From assembly GCA_009783465.1 (NCBI GenBank), contig WRDM01000011.1, positions 2,911 to 66,910 of the forward strand: a stretch of DNA of 64,000 nucleotides. Reading direction: 5' to 3'. The DNA comes from Phycisphaerae bacterium. GTDB lineage: Bacteria > Planctomycetota > Phycisphaerae > SM23-33. Both the position numbers and the translations under genes were made by a program. Shown here piece after piece: positions 7,431 to 15,736 of this stretch. Below the pieces are notes generated by a model. It made no database searches and was not told where the DNA came from. It saw only the letters and a program-made list of their open reading frames with translations. Each line of letters begins with the position of its first letter. The stretch's first letter is position 1.

Positions 7431-9635
7431 ATGTCTACCGCCCAATCCAACACGGCCGCGTTGTCGACGCATCAATTGGATCTCATGCTCCGGCCTGTGG
7501 AGCGGTTATTCACATTGCCGGTTGTGGCGGCGCGGGTGATGGAGGCGTTTCATTCGCGGCCTGAGGATGTGGCGGGGCTGGCGATGCTGGATCCGGCATT
7601 GTGTGCGCGGATGTTGATGGTGGAGGGGCCTGCGGCGATTGCTGACGGTGGCGCGTCGTTGGATGTGGATCGGCTGATGGAGGAGTTGCTTGCGATGCCC
7701 GTGCTGCCATCGCCGGCGGGCGGGGCGGCGGGGGAGTTTCCGTCGTCGGCGTTGTGGGTGCATTGTTTGGCCGTCGGCGTGTTGGCGCGGGAGTTGGTCG
7801 GTCGCGTTCGGCCTGACGTGGAGCCGGCGTTGGCGTTCGCGTGCGGGCTGCTGCACGACGCGGGCAAGCTGGCGGCGGTGCTGTGCGTGCCGAAGTCGTA
7901 TCAGCGTGCGTTGGAGAAGGCGGCCTTGGGGCCGGCGGACGTGACGGCGGTCGAGCGTGAGGTGTTGGGCGTGGATCACGCGACGATTGGCCGGCGGCTG
8001 GCGGGGCAGTGGCGGCTGCCGCAGGCGGTGGGCGACGCGATGTGGCTGCACCATCAGCCGGCGGCGGCGCTGCCGATGGAGTTGCCCCATCGCGACCTGG
8101 TGGCCGCGGTGGCGCTGGCGGACCGGCTGGCGAGGCAGCGCGCGTTCGGGCACAGCGGCAACGAGGCCGTCGTCGCGATCGAGTCGACTGAGTTGTCGCC
8201 GTTTGGCCTCGATCTCGATTCGTTGGAAAACTTTCTTATTCCCGTGTCGGCGCGGATCGACGAGTTGTCGCGCCGTCTGGGCCTGCACGAGGCCGCCCCG
8301 CGCGAGCGGCATTACCAGGCGTTGTTACACGTCAATCGCGCGTTGTCCGTCCGCAACGCGGCGTTGTCTCGCGAGCGGGCGTCGCTGCAATCGCACGCGC
8401 GGGCGTTTTCGCATGTGTCGGAATTCGCCGTTTCGCTGGGGCCTGACGCGCGCATCAGCGACGTGCTGCCGCGCATCGCGACTATTGCCGCCGAGACACT
8501 GAATGTGCCCAGTCATGTCGGCACGCCGCTGATTGCGTATGCCGTCGACTCCGCCGCGGGGCAACTGCTGGCGGTGCGGCTGTGGGACGGCCAGCCGCAG
8601 TGGCGGATCGCGTCGCTGCCTCCGGTTGTGGAGCTTCCGGATGCGGCGTTCGTCGCGTCGTCGTCGACGTTGCCGGTGGACGCGGAGGAATTTGACGACT
8701 GGCTGCCGCCAGGGTTCGTGCATCGGCCGTTGGCGTGCGCGGGCCGATGGGTGGGTGGACTGCTCGCCCCGGCGGGCGCGTCGCGGGCCGATGAGGCCGA
8801 CGAGATCATGCTGTCGTGGATGGCCTGCGCGTTGGCGACGGTTCAGGGCCGCGGGCAGGCGGCGGAGTTGAGCGAGCAGTTGGCCGGCGCGTCGCGAGCA
8901 CACGCCGCCGATCAGCAGGCGCTCGCGCACACGCGGGCGCTGGCGGCGGTTGGCGAGATGGCCGCCGGGGCCGCCCATGAACTCAACACGCCGCTGGCGG
9001 TGCTGTCGGGGCGGTCGCAGTTGATGCTCAAAAAGGCGAACACGGATGAGGAGCGTCGGCTGTGGCAGACGATGTCGGAGCAGTCGCAGAAGATCAGCGA
9101 CATCATCACGGAGTTGATGGAATTCGCCTCGCCATCGGCCCCGGCCGCGGAGGCGTTCGACGCGTGGGAGATTCTTCGTCAGGCGTCGTCGGATTTCCGA
9201 AGCGATACTCAAGCGTCGGCGTTAACAGCCGATATAGAAGGTAGTCCCGTGCCCGTGTGGGTGTGGGCGGACCGCCGGCAGGTGCTGTCGGTGTTGCGGG
9301 AAGTGTTGTCCAATGCCGCCACGGCGGCGGAGGGTCCCGTGACGGTGCGTTTGTCCGCTCGCGCCGACGAGGCCGGCCGCGTGACGCTGACGGTGGCTGA
9401 CAACGGGCCGGGCATGGCGCCCGCCGTGGCGGCCAAGGCCTTCGAGCCGTTTTTCTCGCACCAGCGGGCCGGGCGGCGGCGAGGTCTGGGCCTGCCCAGG
9501 GCCCGACGGATCATCCAGGCCAACGGCGGGGAGATCGACCTCCGCACCGCGCCCGGATGTGGAACGACCGTGACCGTGCAGCTTCCCGCGGCCAAACGAA
9601 CGCTTGAGGAGGATGGTGATGCCCCTGGTGGATAA
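7431..9635 (+). CDS. Sensor histidine kinase with N-terminal HDOD domain
   Basis: HDOD signatures are present (LHDAGKL, LGVDHATIGRRLAGQWRLPQAVGDAMWLHH). There is a HisKA H-box (AAGAAHELNTPLAVL) and an HATPase_c N/G boxes region (VLSNAATAA, DNGPGM, GLGLPRARRI). Confidence 0.85.
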   Translation: MSTAQSNTAALSTHQLDLMLRPVERLFTLPVVAARVMEAFHSRPEDVAGLAMLDPALCARMLMVEGPAAIADGGASLDVDRLMEELLAMPVLPSPAGGAAGEFPSSALWVHCLAVGVLARELVGRVRPDVEPALAFACGLLHDAGKLAAVLCVPKSYQRALEKAALGPADVTAVEREVLGVDHATIGRRLAGQWRLPQAVGDAMWLHHQPAAALPMELPHRDLVAAVALADRLARQRAFGHSGNEAVVAIESTELSPFGLDLDSLENFLIPVSARIDELSRRLGLHEAAPRERHYQALLHVNRALSVRNAALSRERASLQSHARAFSHVSEFAVSLGPDARISDVLPRIATIAAETLNVPSHVGTPLIAYAVDSAAGQLLAVRLWDGQPQWRIASLPPVVELPDAAFVASSSTLPVDAEEFDDWLPPGFVHRPLACAGRWVGGLLAPAGASRADEADEIMLSWMACALATVQGRGQAAELSEQLAGASRAHAADQQALAHTRALAAVGEMAAGAAHELNTPLAVLSGRSQLMLKKANTDEERRLWQTMSEQSQKISDIITELMEFASPSAPAAEAFDAWEILRQASSDFRSDTQASALTADIEGSPVPVWVWADRRQVLSVLREVLSNAATAAEGPVTVRLSARADEAGRVTLTVADNGPGMAPAVAAKAFEPFFSHQRAGRRRGLGLPRARRIIQANGGEIDLRTAPGCGTTVTVQLPAAKRTLEEDGDAPGG

Positions 9636-10614
9636 GCCCCGTGTGCTGATTGTGGACGACGAGCCGGCCCTTCGCGCCCTGTTGGCCGACGCGCTCGGTC
9701 CAGGACAGTACGACCTGATGTTCGCCTCCAACGGCCGCGAGGCCATGGATCTGGCGGCCGCGAACAGCCCCGATCTCATCGTCACCGATCTTCGCCTGGG
9801 AGACTGCACCGGACTGGACGTCATCGACCGTCTCCGACAGACGCGACCGAACATCCCCGCCGTCGTCATCACCGGCCACGCCGACCCGGCCTCGCTGGAT
9901 CAGGCATCAAGCCGCCGGGTGGATGTGCTCGACAAACCGCTCGATCTCGACCGCCTTCGTGCGACCGTCCGGCAGGAGCTCGATCGACACGCGCAGGCCG
10001 ACCGGCTGATGCGACGCGTCGACCGCCTCCGCCAACTCGCCCGCACGATCAACGAACAACGCAAAAGCCTCCAGTCGCAACTGGACGAATCGACCGACGA
10101 ACTCGCGCGCGGCTACCGCCGCCTCAGCCGGCAGATGTCCGTGCAGAAAACCCTGGTGGCGTATCAGCAGGAGTTGATCTCCGCCCGCAACGACGACGAC
10201 GTGTTCCGCGCCCTCTTCGCGGCCTTCGTCCAGCAGAGCGGGCCTGTCTTCGGCGTGGCCATGGTCTGCGACGGCGACGCGGAACTCCAACTGGCGGGCC
10301 GGTTCGGCGTGCCTCGCCCCGACGGCCAACCGTTCTGCCTCGCCTTGACGCGACCGGTGATCGAGGACGTGCTCGTCGACCCGAAGGTCACCCAGTTCGA
10401 AGCCACCGACTGCATCGACCGCTTCGACGAAAAACTCCATCGCTACCTGCCGGGCCTGACCCTGCTCGTCGTGCCGCTGCTGCCCAACCCCGGGCAACTG
10501 ATCGGCCTGGTCACGCTCTACCGAAAAGGCGAACAGCCCTTCACCCCCGACGACCTCGCCCTGGCCGAACGCATCGCCAAACCCACCGCCATCGCGGTGC
10601 TGAAGAATGAGTAG
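9619..10614 (+). CDS. Response regulator (REC domain plus coiled-coil and GAF-like C-terminal region)
   Basis: The REC domain is RVLIVDDEPALR...LIVTDLRLGDCTG...AVVITGH...DKPLD. The start is ambiguous among TTG 9604, ATG 9613 and ATG 9619; gaggagg at 9606-9612 favours 9619. The gene overlaps the kinase stop (9635), suggesting translational coupling. Confidence 0.75.
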   Translation: MPLVDKPRVLIVDDEPALRALLADALGPGQYDLMFASNGREAMDLAAANSPDLIVTDLRLGDCTGLDVIDRLRQTRPNIPAVVITGHADPASLDQASSRRVDVLDKPLDLDRLRATVRQELDRHAQADRLMRRVDRLRQLARTINEQRKSLQSQLDESTDELARGYRRLSRQMSVQKTLVAYQQELISARNDDDVFRALFAAFVQQSGPVFGVAMVCDGDAELQLAGRFGVPRPDGQPFCLALTRPVIEDVLVDPKVTQFEATDCIDRFDEKLHRYLPGLTLLVVPLLPNPGQLIGLVTLYRKGEQPFTPDDLALAERIAKPTAIAVLKNE

Positions 10615-10616
10615 CG

Positions 10617-10781
10617 ATCGAAATCCGAAATTCGAAGCCCGAAATCCGAAACAAACTCCAAAGCCCCAAACGACAAAACCCAAACGCTCCGCTATCCAAA
10701 ACATTTGGACCGCGGAGCGTTTGAAATTTTCTGCTTTGGGGCTTTGGAATTTGTTTCGAATGTCGAATTTAGGATTTCGTA
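10617..10781. repeat. Long hairpin repeat with 7-nt periodic arms (gaaatcc family), copy 2 of 3
   Basis: Left arm gaaatccgaaattcgaagcccgaaatccgaaacaaactccaaagccccaaacgacaaaacccaaacgctc pairs with right arm gagcgtttg...ctttggggctttggaatttgtttcgaatgtcgaatttaggatttcg. It sits between convergent genes, and the right arm overlaps the last codons of mnmG. Confidence 0.85.
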
Positions 10782-12742
10782 TTTTTCGCCAGGTGAATCG
10801 CCAGCACGGTGATGTCCGCCGGGGTGATGCCGCTGACGCGTAAGGCTTGGGCGAGGGTGCGCGGGGCGATGGCGGCCAGGCGTTCTCTTGCTTCGTGACG
10901 CAGCGATTTGACGGCGCGATAGTCCAGGTCTCGCGGGATCAATTTGTGTTCGAGGTCTGCGAGCATGGCCAATGATTGGCGCTCGCGAACCATGTAGCCG
11001 TCGTAGCGGGCATCGACGAGGAGCGACTCGATCGCGCGCGGGTGGGCGGCGGTCAGTTGGGATAAACGGGATCCGGGATCCGGGATTCGGGATCCGGGCG
11101 CGGAGGTCGAATCGCCGTTCGTGGTGGCTTCGCCTGTTTGCGTTGTGGGATGTTCCTGTGGTATGGAACGTTCCGTGTCACACGAACGTTCTACAACGCA
11201 AACAGGCGGAGCCACATCCACATTTTTTCCGTCTTCGGGTGTCGGTTGCGTTCGTTGTGCCAATTCCCACAACGTTTTCCCATGTTTTCGCGTGGAATGG
11301 AGAATCGTTCGCGCTTCGGTGACGGCGGATTGGTTGGCGGAGAAGATTTCCCAGCGGTGGTCGTCGACGAGGCCCGCCGCGCGGCCGAGGGGGGTCAGGC
11401 GGCGGTCGGCGTTGTCGGCGCGGAGGCTGAGGCGGTGTTCGCTGCGGCTGGTGAACATGCGGTAGGGTTCGGTGATGCCGCGTGTCACGAGGTCGTCGAT
11501 CATCACGCCGATGTAGGCCTGGTCGCGGCGGAGGACGAATTCGTTTCGGCCCAGGGCGCTGGCGGCGGCGTTGGCGCCGGCGACGAGGCCTTGGGCGGCG
11601 GCTTCTTCATAGCCGGTGGTGCCGTTGACCTGTCCGGCGAGGAACAGGCCGGCGAGGGCTTTGGTTTCGAGCGTCGCGCGGAGTTGGGTTGGCGGGGCGT
11701 AGTCGTACTCGATCGCGTAGCCGAACCGCAGGATCGTCGCGTTTTCCAGGCCCTTGATGCGGCCGATGACGGTGGCCTGCACGTCTTCGGGGAGCGAGGT
11801 GGTCAGGCCGTTGACGTAGACCCAGTGGGTCGCGATGCCTTCGGGTTCGAGGAAAATCGGGTGGGCGTTTTTATCGGCGAATCGTTCGATTTTGGTTTCG
11901 ATGTTGGGGCAGTATCGAGGTCCGGCGGATTGGAGCAGGCCTGAACGCGTCGGGGCGCGGTGGACGTTTTCGCGGATGGCGCGGTGGACGTCGTCGTTGG
12001 TGGCGGTGAGGTGGCAGGGGATTTGGTGGACGTCGAGGTGGTCGGTGAGGAAGGAGAAGGGCGTGGGCGTCGCGTCGCCGTGCTGGGGCGTGCAGCGGGC
12101 GTAGTCGATGGTGTCGGCGGCCAATCGCGGGCAGGTGTCGGTCCGCAGTCGGCCCAGTGTCAGGCCCAGTGCTTGCAGCGAGCGTGACAGGCCGGTGACG
12201 GCGGGTTCGTCGATGCGGCCTCCGTCCCACGATCGGTCGCCCAGGAACATCTGGCCGTTCATAAACGTGCCCGTCGTCACGACGATGGATTTGGCGTGAA
12301 AACGTTCGCCGTCCGCGTGTGTCGATTGGACCGTCGCGCCCGTCACTCGACCGCCTTCGACGAGGATGTCGACGACTTCGCCTTCGATGACGGTGAGGTG
12401 GGTTCGTTGCGAGAGTGTGTGTTGGATCCACGCGGCGTAGGCATGGCGGTCGGACTGGCATCGCGGGCCCCAGACGGCGGGGCCTTTGGAGCGGTTGAGC
12501 ATGCGGAACTGGATGCCGGTGGCGTCGGCGGCCTGGCCCATCAGGCCGCCGAGCGCGTCGATTTCGCGGACGATAGGCCCCTTGCCCACGCCGCCGACGG
12601 CGGGGTTGCACGCCATCTGCGCCACCGTGGCCATCGAGAGCGTTACCAACGCCGTCCGCGCACCCATCGCGCTGGCAGCCCAGGCGGCCTCCACACCCGC
12701 ATGCCCGCCGCCGATCACCAGGACGTCATAGTCTGTATGCAT
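10769..12742 (-). CDS. mnmG: tRNA uridine 5-carboxymethylaminomethyl modification enzyme MnmG (GidA)
   Basis: The N-terminus [20 protein letters not shown] is an FAD-binding motif, followed by [13 protein letters not shown]. MnmG similarity runs through to [18 protein letters not shown] roughly 60-aa extra segment near the C-terminus is encoded by a repeat element. Confidence 0.95.
   Translation of the reverse strand: MHTDYDVLVIGGGHAGVEAAWAASAMGARTALVTLSMATVAQMACNPAVGGVGKGPIVREIDALGGLMGQAADATGIQFRMLNRSKGPAVWGPRCQSDRHAYAAWIQHTLSQRTHLTVIEGEVVDILVEGGRVTGATVQSTHADGERFHAKSIVVTTGTFMNGQMFLGDRSWDGGRIDEPAVTGLSRSLQALGLTLGRLRTDTCPRLAADTIDYARCTPQHGDATPTPFSFLTDHLDVHQIPCHLTATNDDVHRAIRENVHRAPTRSGLLQSAGPRYCPNIETKIERFADKNAHPIFLEPEGIATHWVYVNGLTTSLPEDVQATVIGRIKGLENATILRFGYAIEYDYAPPTQLRATLETKALAGLFLAGQVNGTTGYEEAAAQGLVAGANAAASALGRNEFVLRRDQAYIGVMIDDLVTRGITEPYRMFTSRSEHRLSLRADNADRRLTPLGRAAGLVDDHRWEIFSANQSAVTEARTILHSTRKHGKTLWELAQRTQPTPEDGKNVDVAPPVCVVERSCDTERSIPQEHPTTQTGEATTNGDSTSAPGSRIPDPGSRLSQLTAAHPRAIESLLVDARYDGYMVRERQSLAMLADLEHKLIPRDLDYRAVKSLRHEARERLAAIAPRTLAQALRVSGITPADITVLAIHLAKNTKS
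11068..11213. repeat. Repeat element inside the mnmG coding sequence: (gggatcc)n tandem array plus 21-bp-arm inverted repeat
   Basis: 11068-11098 is gggatccgggatccgggattcgggatccggg. The IR arm ggcttcgcctgtttgcgttgt (11127-11147) pairs with acaacgcaaacaggcggagcc (11193-11213) with 1 mismatch. The motif tttgcgttgt...acaacgcaaa is shared with 53542-53695. Confidence 0.8.
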
Positions 12743-12780
12743 GGGGGCATTGTAACAAAGGTATGACGATCCGCCTTCGT

Positions 12781-13286
12781 GAAGACCGAGCGGGATTACG
12801 CGGATTTACGGATTGATAGAGTAGCCATGGGATACGAAGACGAATGGATTGACCTTTCCGGCCTTACGCGGAAGTGGTGGTTCATAGCCCCGGCAGGGGC
12901 GTTTGATGTAGCCCAGGGTGAGCGGTACTCCGCGAACCTTGGGGACGGAGATTTTTCTTTTTCTCTCCTCGTGCCTGACGCCACTGGCCGAGGTCGCGCA
13001 CGCGGGCCTGTACGGCTTCGAACGACGCGAACATGGAAATGTACGAGTTGTTCGGAGCCGCTATCGCGTGACGGTGCGGCCTCGGCCAATGGCGTCAGGC
13101 ATGAGGAGGAAGCCTGTCCCCAGGGCTCGCGAGTACGCTCACCCTGGGCTACACTAGACGCCCCGTTGGGGCTGTGTTCCAGTACGTCACCGCGAGGCCG
13201 TGGAGGCCGCTCGGTTTGTTTTCATGCAATGTTGCACCGGATCAATCCTTACATCCTTATACTCCGTGTCATCCCGCTCGGTCTTC
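12781..13286. repeat. About 506-bp nested imperfect hairpin element bounded by perfect 16-bp terminal inverted repeats
   Basis: The termini are gaagaccgagcgggat (12781-12796) and atcccgctcggtcttc (13271-13286). Inner arm pairs are 12908-12946 with 13116-13152, and 12965-12997 with 13076-13108. The left terminus recurs at 53433. Confidence 0.8.
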
Positions 13287-13501
13287 GCGATGTCAGATCG
13301 ATGTACGTTTTGCCGGCAGGAACGTTCTACAGCGCAAAACGGCAAGCCGCTGAAAACGCGTGTGGTGTAAAACAAAAAAGTTTTGCGAGTGCGGCAACTC
13401 GCGTCGCGCTCTCGCAAAACTCTCCTTTAAAACTCGGTGTCTCGATGGGCGCCTCAGGGGCGCCCTGGGAGGCATCGTGGCCGGTGCGTAGCTCCCAGGC
13501 C

Positions 13502-15394
13502 TTACGCGGCCTTGTTGGCGACGATGCTCGAAAAGTACTGTTGGAACTGGGCGACGGTGATGGTGATCAGGCCGTCGTTGGGGTTGTTGTCGTATTTCAC
13601 GCCGTCGTAACCCCAGGGGTTGTACACGGTGACGGTCTGCACGCCGTTGACGTCCTGGACGCTCACGATCATGTAGGCGTGCGAGCCGATGATCGGGCCT
13701 TGGCTGGCGGTGGTGCTGGCGGCGGTGACGGCTTTGCCGTCGTTCAACTGCGTCTGGAGGAACGTGTAGACGGAGTTGACCGATCCGCCGGTGGTGCGCG
13801 TGGTCGAGGCGGTGCCGGTGATGTCGGCGTAGGCGTCGGCCATCCAGCCGCCGTTGATGGACGCGTAGCTGTTGCCGCCCGTGCGGAAGAAGGCGTACGC
13901 TTTTTCCATGACGGCGACCCAGATCGCGCCGTTGTCGCCCGGCTTGGCGTAGGCGAGTTGTCCGTTGCTGCCTACCGGCAGATCGCCGTCCACGCGGACG
14001 TAAACTTCCTTGCCGTTCTTGTAGAACCGCACGGCGTACGTGCCGTCGCCGAGGGACACGACGGCCTGCTGGATCACCATGGGGTTGGTCTCGGCCAGTG
14101 AGGCCAGCGAGGCCAGGAAGTAGCAGTCGCCCACGTTGCCCTGGTTGATGTCGGTGTAGTTTGGGCCGCCGACGAACAGCGGGCTGGAGGAGAAGTTGCT
14201 GTAGCCCTTGGCATAGCTGGTGACGATGGGGTCGCGGAAGTTTTCGCCGCCGGGGGTCAGCGGGATGTAGTCGTTCTTGTCGGACCAGGGCTGATAGAAC
14301 TCGGCGATTCGGTGGACGGCGCCGGCCTTGATTTCGGCGGCGGACGGGTCGACGATGACGTCGTTCATGTCGACCCAGTAGCTGTTGAATCCGCCGCCCG
14401 CGGTGATGATGGACTGCCCGCCGCCCACGGCGACGTAGAGGTCGTCGCCCAGGCCGCCGAACGCCCAGATCGTGTTGGAGCCGGCCAGGTAATAGGTGTC
14501 GTTGCCTTCGCCGCCGTAGATGCATCCCATGGCCGTCACGGTGGCGGTGAACTGGATGGTGTCGTTGCCTTCGAAGCCGTACACGACGATGCTGGTGAAC
14601 TCGCCGTTGAAGACGAAGGTTTCCGTCGCCGTCGTCAGCGTGAGCGTGTTGAGCGTCTGCGAGAGCACGATGGTGTCGTTGCCGCTGGTGCCGACGACGA
14701 TCAGTTGCAGGCCTGCCCCGGTGTTGATTACTTCGGTCGTGATGGTGTTGGAGGGCGTCGCAATGAAGTCCGGGATGGTGAAGCCCGGCAGGCCCGGCCT
14801 ATTGGTTTCGGGCGGCGTGGGTTTGGAAGGTTCCGGCCCCGGTTCCGGCGCGGGCGGCGGCGACGGCGGTGTCGGTGGCGTGGGCGGTTCGACCGGTGTT
14901 GGAGGCGCTGGTGGCTCGATTGGCGCCGGCGGCACGGAGGGCGTCGAAACCGGCGCGGTGATTTTCGACCGCACCAGTTTGTACTTGGCGCCGTTGGCGC
15001 ACTCGGCCTGGATGTAGTACGTCTGGTCGGCTTCCACCTGGATCGTGAGGTACACGGAGGCGTTGTTGTCGCCCATGACCACCTGGCCGTTGGCGTTGCG
15101 GACCGTCAGCTTGGCGTCGACCCCGTTGTCCTGTCCGTTGGGGAGGATCGAAATCGTCACCGTGCCGGCCGTCTTGGCGGTGAAGGCGAACACGTTGTTT
15201 CTCGAGGCCAGCATGTTGAAGAGGATCGTTCCGGTGGCGCTGGCGGTGAATTGGTATTCCGGCCTGCTGTTGCTCTGGACATCGGCGGGCGCGGACGGGC
15301 CATGGAAGTAAACGTCCTCAACCGGTTCCGACGTCACGCCGCTCAGCAGCAGGCGGGGTTCGAGGGCTTCGAAGGCGTTATGCGGCAGCGTCAT
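13502..15394 (-). CDS. Secreted calpain-like cysteine protease (peptidase C2) with PPC-like domain, P/T-rich linker and RTX-type Ca-binding repeats
   Basis: ATG at 15394 gives MTLPHNAFEALEPRLLLSG. The calpain catalytic motif QGNVGDCYFLASLASLAE is present, with His (SHAYMIV) and Asn (NPWG). GGxGxD-like repeats occur (GTSGNDTI, GFEGNDTI, GGEGNDTY, GGLGDDLY). The linker is PPAPIEPPAPPTPVEPPTPPTPPSPPPAPEP. Confidence 0.8.
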   Translation of the reverse strand: MTLPHNAFEALEPRLLLSGVTSEPVEDVYFHGPSAPADVQSNSRPEYQFTASATGTILFNMLASRNNVFAFTAKTAGTVTISILPNGQDNGVDAKLTVRNANGQVVMGDNNASVYLTIQVEADQTYYIQAECANGAKYKLVRSKITAPVSTPSVPPAPIEPPAPPTPVEPPTPPTPPSPPPAPEPGPEPSKPTPPETNRPGLPGFTIPDFIATPSNTITTEVINTGAGLQLIVVGTSGNDTIVLSQTLNTLTLTTATETFVFNGEFTSIVVYGFEGNDTIQFTATVTAMGCIYGGEGNDTYYLAGSNTIWAFGGLGDDLYVAVGGGQSIITAGGGFNSYWVDMNDVIVDPSAAEIKAGAVHRIAEFYQPWSDKNDYIPLTPGGENFRDPIVTSYAKGYSNFSSSPLFVGGPNYTDINQGNVGDCYFLASLASLAETNPMVIQQAVVSLGDGTYAVRFYKNGKEVYVRVDGDLPVGSNGQLAYAKPGDNGAIWVAVMEKAYAFFRTGGNSYASINGGWMADAYADITGTASTTRTTGGSVNSVYTFLQTQLNDGKAVTAASTTASQGPIIGSHAYMIVSVQDVNGVQTVTVYNPWGYDGVKYDNNPNDGLITITVAQFQQYFSSIVANKAA

Positions 15395-15736
15395 GGCCTC
15401 AGAGTCTTTCTCGCGATTGCGGGTTAGGCCTCTGAGGCAGTGAAGGTTGTGTGTGTGTGGAACGGTGTACGAAATCCGATCCAACAGGAGAACCGTACGA
15501 TTCAGCCGGGGACGATGCAAATGTCACTTTACCACGGATCCCGAAAATTCCGCAGGGTTCCCCGTTGTCCCCGAGCGACTTCCCGATTCACCGACGCAGA
15601 CACCCCGTACGCGACGAGGGAATTGTAGGAGGGTCGGGACGTTTTTTATCAAAACCTAGCCCCGCGGGTCGGGTTAAAGTGTACAAGGGCCTTGCCGAGG
15701 GCTTATCGTGTCGGCACTGGGCGGATGGGCGATCGT

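Noticed and set aside
12779-14525. ORFs 12779-14101 (+, 440 aa) and 13293-14525 (-, alternative frame, 410 aa).
   Set aside because: The first starts inside the 506-bp hairpin element and continues antisense to the calpain-like gene. The second is an off-frame, Arg/Pro-rich reading of the same strand as the real gene. Only the 13502-15394 frame has protease and RTX motifs.
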